A program made the position numbers and the translations under genes. The notes under the pieces are model-generated. The model searched no databases, had not been told where the DNA came from, and saw only the letters and a program-made list of their open reading frames with translations. Below are positions 59,541-64,000 of a stretch of DNA of 64,000 bases, piece after piece (the stretch's first letter is position 1; each line of letters starts with the position of its first letter). Source of the stretch: Terriglobia bacterium (GTDB lineage: Bacteria; Acidobacteriota; Terriglobia; 2-12-FULL-54-10); contig CAXVYR010000004.1 of NCBI GenBank assembly GCA_963666975.2, forward strand, positions 288,001 through 352,000, read 5' to 3'.

Positions 59541-60735
59541 GGGACTGATATCTGACGATTTCGTTCAGAATTTCGTTGGCCACCTCGATCTTCTTCAGGC
59601 GCGGCAGTTGCCTCTCCAGTCCGTCACGGCCCAGGATGGTCACGGTGTTGTAATCGGAATCAAAGCCGCTTCCGTTTTTGCCGACCTCGTTGGCCACCAC
59701 AAAATCAAGATGCTTGGCTTCGAGCTTCGCGCGGGCGCTGGCCACCAGGTTTTCCGTCTCGGCTGCAAATCCCACCACAATCTGGCCGCTTTTGCGGCGG
59801 GCAACCTCGGACAGGATGTCTTCTGTGGGCTCCAGCGCCAATGACAAATCCTTGCCGGTCTTCCGCATCTTTTGTCCGGCGCGCTTCCGGGGACGGTAGT
59901 CGGCCGCAGCCGCTGCTTTTACCAAAATCGAAGCCTCCGGCAGCCGTTTCAGAACGGCGGCACTCATCTCGGCCACCGTGGTCACGGGGATATACTCCAC
60001 CCCCGGAGGCGGATCGAGGGCGGTAGGCCCGCTGATGAGCAGCGCCCGCGCCCCTCTGCGTTGCGCGGCCTCGGCCACGGCATAGCCCATCTTGCCGCTG
60101 GAGCGGTTGCTGATAAACCGGACCGGGTCGATCTCCTCTCGCGTGGGCCCGGCAGTCACCAGCACCACTTCCCCTTTGAAGTCCTCCCTGACGCCCAGCG
60201 TTTCGAGAATTCGCTGCAGGATGGCCTCGGTCCCGGCGAGGCGTCCGGGGCCGGTCATACCGCAGGCCAGGTAGCCTTCATCCGGCTCGACGATGGAAAC
60301 GCCCCTCTTTCGCAAGGATTCCAGGTTGTCACGCGTGGCCGGGTGTTCCCACATGTTCACATTCATGGCCGGGGCCACTACGACCGGGGCCTTTGTGGCG
60401 AGATAGAGAGTGGAGAGGAAATCATCCGCGACGCCGTGAGCAAACTTCGCCAGGCAATCCGCCGTGGCTGGGACCACGGCCAGCAGGTCAATGGATTGCG
60501 CCACCGCAATATGCTCAATGGCGCTTTCCACGTTCGCGTCTTGCTGGCCGGAACCGAACATATCGGTGATGACCTTTTGTCCGGTGAGAGCCGCAAAGGT
60601 AAGCGGGCGGACGAACTCCTGCCCGTGGGCCGTCATGATGACATGCACTTCGAGCCCTCGCTGCTGCAACTCGCGCACCAGTTCCGCCGCCTTATAAGCG
60701 GCAATCCCGCCCGCGACGCCCACTGCTACTTTCAT
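59527..60735 (-). CDS. coaBC: Phosphopantothenoylcysteine decarboxylase/ligase
   Basis: GGIAAYK, PAMN, LACG, TAGPTRE.IDPVRFISNRSSGKMG, GFAAET. Confidence 0.96.
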   Translation of the reverse strand: MKVAVGVAGGIAAYKAAELVRELQQRGLEVHVIMTAHGQEFVRPLTFAALTGQKVITDMFGSGQQDANVESAIEHIAVAQSIDLLAVVPATADCLAKFAHGVADDFLSTLYLATKAPVVVAPAMNVNMWEHPATRDNLESLRKRGVSIVEPDEGYLACGMTGPGRLAGTEAILQRILETLGVREDFKGEVVLVTAGPTREEIDPVRFISNRSSGKMGYAVAEAAQRRGARALLISGPTALDPPPGVEYIPVTTVAEMSAAVLKRLPEASILVKAAAAADYRPRKRAGQKMRKTGKDLSLALEPTEDILSEVARRKSGQIVVGFAAETENLVASARAKLEAKHLDFVVANEVGKNGSGFDSDYNTVTILGRDGLERQLPRLKKIEVANEILNEIVRYQSHGKS

Positions 60736-60821
60736 AGTTCTACTTTCATCGTTCTACTTTCCGGGTTCTGCCCGTCTGTGCATTCCCCTGCCCTGGTTCA
60801 AGGGCTTTCCCTTCTTGCGCG

Positions 60822-61058
60822 TCATTTTTTACTCTTTTTGGCGGGAGTTTTCTTTTCCCGTTCTGCTTCGGAATCCGGCAGCGGTGGAAATTCAAACCGC
60901 AACATACCGGCCCGCAGTTCCTCCTGCGCGATTCGGGTATTTTTGTGTACCGTGGTGTGGAGCAGCGATTTGGCCCCTCCCTGTAACTGTCTGGCCCGCT
61001 TGGCAGCCAAGAGTATAAAGCGATATTTGCTGTCGACCTTGTCGGTGTTATCCGGCAT
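60822..61058 (-). CDS. rpoZ: RNA polymerase omega subunit
   Basis: DSKYRFILLAAKRARQL; between gmk and coaBC. Confidence 0.92.
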   Translation of the reverse strand: MPDNTDKVDSKYRFILLAAKRARQLQGGAKSLLHTTVHKNTRIAQEELRAGMLRFEFPPLPDSEAEREKKTPAKKSKK

Positions 61059-61061
61059 TCA

Positions 61062-61748
61062 TTAACCTCCAAAACTTGCAAGGATCGGTTGGACCCGCGT
61101 TTGCACACGCTCTTTCAAACAGCCCTCCGCCAGAGCCCGCACGGACTCAAAAGCCTTGGACCCCGGCTGCGCCTGCGGTTCCTTTTGCAAGCGCCACCGC
61201 TCCGTCAGCACAATGGCTTTCAACTGCCCGGCGGAGCGCTCCAACTGATCGTTGATGAGAATATAATCATACTGATCATAACCTTGTATTTCTTTGGCTG
61301 CGTCCTGCAGCCGCTTCCGAATCACCTCCTCGGAATCCTGACTCCTGTGCCTCAACCTCCACTCCAGTTCCTTACGGGAAGGAGGAAGAATAAAAACGGA
61401 GGCCGCCTCCTGAATCTTCTTCTTCACCTGGACGGCGCCTTGCACGTCAATATCCAGCAGCAGGTCTTTCCCCCCTTTCACGGCCTCTTCCAGAAAGCGG
61501 CGGGCCGTCCCGTAGTAGTTCCCAAAAACCTCGGCCCATTCCAGCAGGCCCTGTTGCTGGATCATTTTCTGGAACTCCTCGCGGGTCACAAAAAAATACT
61601 CCTTGCCGTTTTGTTCCTGACCCCTCGGCGGCCGAGTCGTATAGGAGACGGAGAAATGAAGTCCGTCCAGCTCCTGCAGCAACCTTCCCACCAGCGTGGT
61701 TTTCCCGGAACCCGATGGAGCCGAAATGATAAAGATGCCTGTCTTCAT
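61062..61748 (-). CDS. gmk: Guanylate kinase
   Basis: SAPSGSGKTT, SYTTRPPR, YYGT, DIDVQG, FILPPS. Confidence 0.96.
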   Translation of the reverse strand: MKTGIFIISAPSGSGKTTLVGRLLQELDGLHFSVSYTTRPPRGQEQNGKEYFFVTREEFQKMIQQQGLLEWAEVFGNYYGTARRFLEEAVKGGKDLLLDIDVQGAVQVKKKIQEAASVFILPPSRKELEWRLRHRSQDSEEVIRKRLQDAAKEIQGYDQYDYILINDQLERSAGQLKAIVLTERWRLQKEPQAQPGSKAFESVRALAEGCLKERVQTRVQPILASFGG

Positions 61749-61792
61749 AGTTCCCGGACACCTCTGACCGCGCTGGGCAGCTAGCCGCTTTC

Positions 61793-62749
61793 CTATTGCA
61801 GGTTTTGCACCTGTTCCCGCAATTGCTCGACCTCCGCCTTAATCTCCAGACCTACTTGCGTCATCGGAAGCCCGCTTTCGCCCAGGGCCGTGGTTTTCGA
61901 GAGCGATGTGTTCAGTTCCCGGTTCATCTCCTGCAAGAGAAAATCCAGCTTCTTGCCCGCATCGGCCTCGTCATCGAGCAGTTTTCGGAATTGCGCGGCA
62001 TGCGCTTTCAGCCGGGCGATCTCCTCGCTGATATCGGAACGGTCAGCCAGCAAAGCAGCTTCCTGCGCCATCCGGGCGGGGTCGAGGCCCGATTCTCCCA
62101 GAATCGCCTGCAGGCGGTCCTGAAACCGTTGACGGGATCGGGAGACGGTTTCGGTCCTCATCTGTTCCATCCGTTCCACAAAAACAGCGACACGATCGAC
62201 ATGCGAACGCAGATCGGCTTGCAGGAGCCTGGCTTCCTCCGCTCGCATCTGATCCCAACTCTGCAATGTTTCCTCCAGGGTCTTCCAAAAGGCAGTCTCG
62301 ATCTGCGGCGAGACATCCCTGGAAAGAGAAGAAGACGAAGAGGAAGCCGTCACGGCCATCACACCCGGCAACCGCGACAGGGTTGCCAGATCTGTCTCGG
62401 CAGGCAACCCGAGGCGCGCCCCCAGGCGGCGGAACACCTCCAGATACTTTTCGGCCAGCGCCTCGTCCACGGCCACGTTCATCCCATTTTCGCGCTCCAG
62501 AGTAACCCGTAATTCCAGATGGCCCCGGGGACTTCTTTCTTTGATCGCCCTGCGAATCTTTACTTCCAGCGGCGACAAGGATTCGGGAAGATGCACGTGC
62601 AGATCGAGGTGGCGATGATTCACGCTGCGCAGGCTCAGCCGCAGGGTAAAGCCATCTTCCTCGGCCACGGTTCGCGCAAAGCCGGTCATGGACCGCAGCC
62701 GGGTTTCTGCCGGCGTTTTCGCAGGGGGATTGGTCCGCTTTCTCCCCAT
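61793..62749 (-). CDS. yicC: YicC/YloC-family endoribonuclease
   Basis: SMTGFA, RSVNHR, DISEE..RL..H, GKKLDFLLQEMNRE, EQVQNLQ. Confidence 0.92.
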   Translation of the reverse strand: MGRKRTNPPAKTPAETRLRSMTGFARTVAEEDGFTLRLSLRSVNHRHLDLHVHLPESLSPLEVKIRRAIKERSPRGHLELRVTLERENGMNVAVDEALAEKYLEVFRRLGARLGLPAETDLATLSRLPGVMAVTASSSSSSLSRDVSPQIETAFWKTLEETLQSWDQMRAEEARLLQADLRSHVDRVAVFVERMEQMRTETVSRSRQRFQDRLQAILGESGLDPARMAQEAALLADRSDISEEIARLKAHAAQFRKLLDDEADAGKKLDFLLQEMNRELNTSLSKTTALGESGLPMTQVGLEIKAEVEQLREQVQNLQ

Positions 62750-62763
62750 AGCTCCCGAACTCC

Positions 62764-64000
62764 TTACCGGCCCGTGGGCACCTCGCGATTGACGGTCTCG
62801 GTCCCGTATATGTCCAGAAACTGCATCTCGTGCAGTCGCTGATAAATGCCGCCTCGGTTCACCAGGTCTTTGTGTGTTCCAATCTCCTGGATCCTTCCTT
62901 CGTTGAGCACCACAATTTTATCCGCTCTCCGAACCGTGGAGAGCCGATGGGCGATCACAATGACGGTCCGCCCTGCCATCAGGTTGGCAAGAGCTTTCTG
63001 GACCAAATACTCCGACTCGGTATCCAGCTCCGAGGTGGCTTCATCCAGAATCAGCACCGGCGAATTCTTCAGCAGCGCACGGGCGATCGCCAGCCGCTGC
63101 CGCTGCCCGCCGCTGAGCCTTTCCCCGCGGTCGGCTACGACCGTTTCATAAGCCATCGGCATCTGCAAGATAAAATCGTGGGCCAGCGCTGTTTGCGACG
63201 CGCGATGGATATCGTCCTGGGAGAGGTCCGGGCGGCCATAGCCGATGTTGTTACGGATGGTATCGTTGAACAGGACGGTTTCCTGGGTGACGATGCTGAT
63301 CTGGGAGCGCAACGAGTCCAGGGTCAGATCGCGGACATCCGCGCCGTCCAGCAACACGCGGCCGTTGCTGACATCGAAAAACCGCGGGATCAAGTTCACG
63401 AGCGTGCTTTTGCCCGCGCCGCTCGGCCCCACAATGGCCACCACTTCCCCTGCCCGCACTTCCAGCTGAATATTCCGGAGCACGGACTCGCCGTCTTCGT
63501 AGGCGAAGGATACATTCTCAAACACAATGGATCGCGAGAAGGGAGGCAACACTTCCGCGCCGGGCTTTTCCCGGACCTCCTCGCGCAGCTCCAAAAATTC
63601 AAAGACCTTGGCGCTGGCGCCCAAAGCCTGCTGGAAGGAGTTGTTCGTGCCAGAGAGCCTCTTCACCGGCTCATACAGCTTAATCAGAGCGTAGAGGAAG
63701 CTGACGAACATCCCCGTGCTCATCAGGTTGTTCACGATTCGGTCGCGCGCGTAGAGCAGCAGGAACACAACCGTCACCGCTCCCAGAACCTCCATCAAGG
63801 GAGAGGTGATCGCCTGCGCGCGCACAAACTTCAAATTAATGCGGAACAGTCTCCGGGCGGCGGCGCGGAACCGGCCGATCTCCCATTGCTCCATCCGAAA
63901 CGCCTTGACGATGCGGTTGCCGCTGATGGTCTCCTGCAACAGTTGGCTGATCTCTGCCAGGTTGTCCTGGCTCGTGCGGGTGGAACTCCGGATCCTCCTG
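62764..64000 (-). CDS. msbA: MsbA-like ABC exporter (5' end outside window)
   Basis: TMD + NBD: GPSGAGKST, LSGGQRQRLAIARA, ILDEATS, IAHRLST. Confidence 0.85.
   Translation of the reverse strand, partial: RRIRSSTRTSQDNLAEISQLLQETISGNRIVKAFRMEQWEIGRFRAAARRLFRINLKFVRAQAITSPLMEVLGAVTVVFLLLYARDRIVNNLMSTGMFVSFLYALIKLYEPVKRLSGTNNSFQQALGASAKVFEFLELREEVREKPGAEVLPPFSRSIVFENVSFAYEDGESVLRNIQLEVRAGEVVAIVGPSGAGKSTLVNLIPRFFDVSNGRVLLDGADVRDLTLDSLRSQISIVTQETVLFNDTIRNNIGYGRPDLSQDDIHRASQTALAHDFILQMPMAYETVVADRGERLSGGQRQRLAIARALLKNSPVLILDEATSELDTESEYLVQKALANLMAGRTVIVIAHRLSTVRRADKIVVLNEGRIQEIGTHKDLVNRGGIYQRLHEMQFLDIYGTETVNREVPTGR

Overview
About 60% GC bacterial chromosome segment, most likely Acidobacteriota (fused LptF-LptG, carboxypeptidase-domain TonB receptor and TPR proteins, IPT/NHL protein beside cinA; the taxonomy is an inference). 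Most of it is housekeeping: iscS-mnmA, mazG, ssb, cinA-thpR-gpsA, tRNA-Ser(GCT), DinG-queDEC, pyrD, pcm, modABC, dnaK-dnaJ-hspR, M20-asd-dapB, HU, priA, udg-coaBC-rpoZ-gmk-yicC-msbA. Accessory or unusual elements are: (1) a compact PaaA-like di-iron oxygenase + DhbE-like aryl ligase + alpha/beta-hydrolase operon, my best candidate for an uncharacterised system; (2) a complete IS256 with 8-bp target duplication that interrupts a GNAT gene but supplies a new in-frame ATG; (3) three type II toxin-antitoxin pairs, one shaped like a solitary integron cassette bracketed by 67-bp direct repeats; (4) a TrpD homologue lacking its catalytic motifs; (5) a GNAT gene apparently split by a Ser/Thr kinase insertion; (6) a HAIR-like operator over the dnaK promoter; (7) many 12-20 bp tandem duplications, one of which frameshifts a DUF5916-type gene. 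All calls come from reading motifs by eye; no searches were run.
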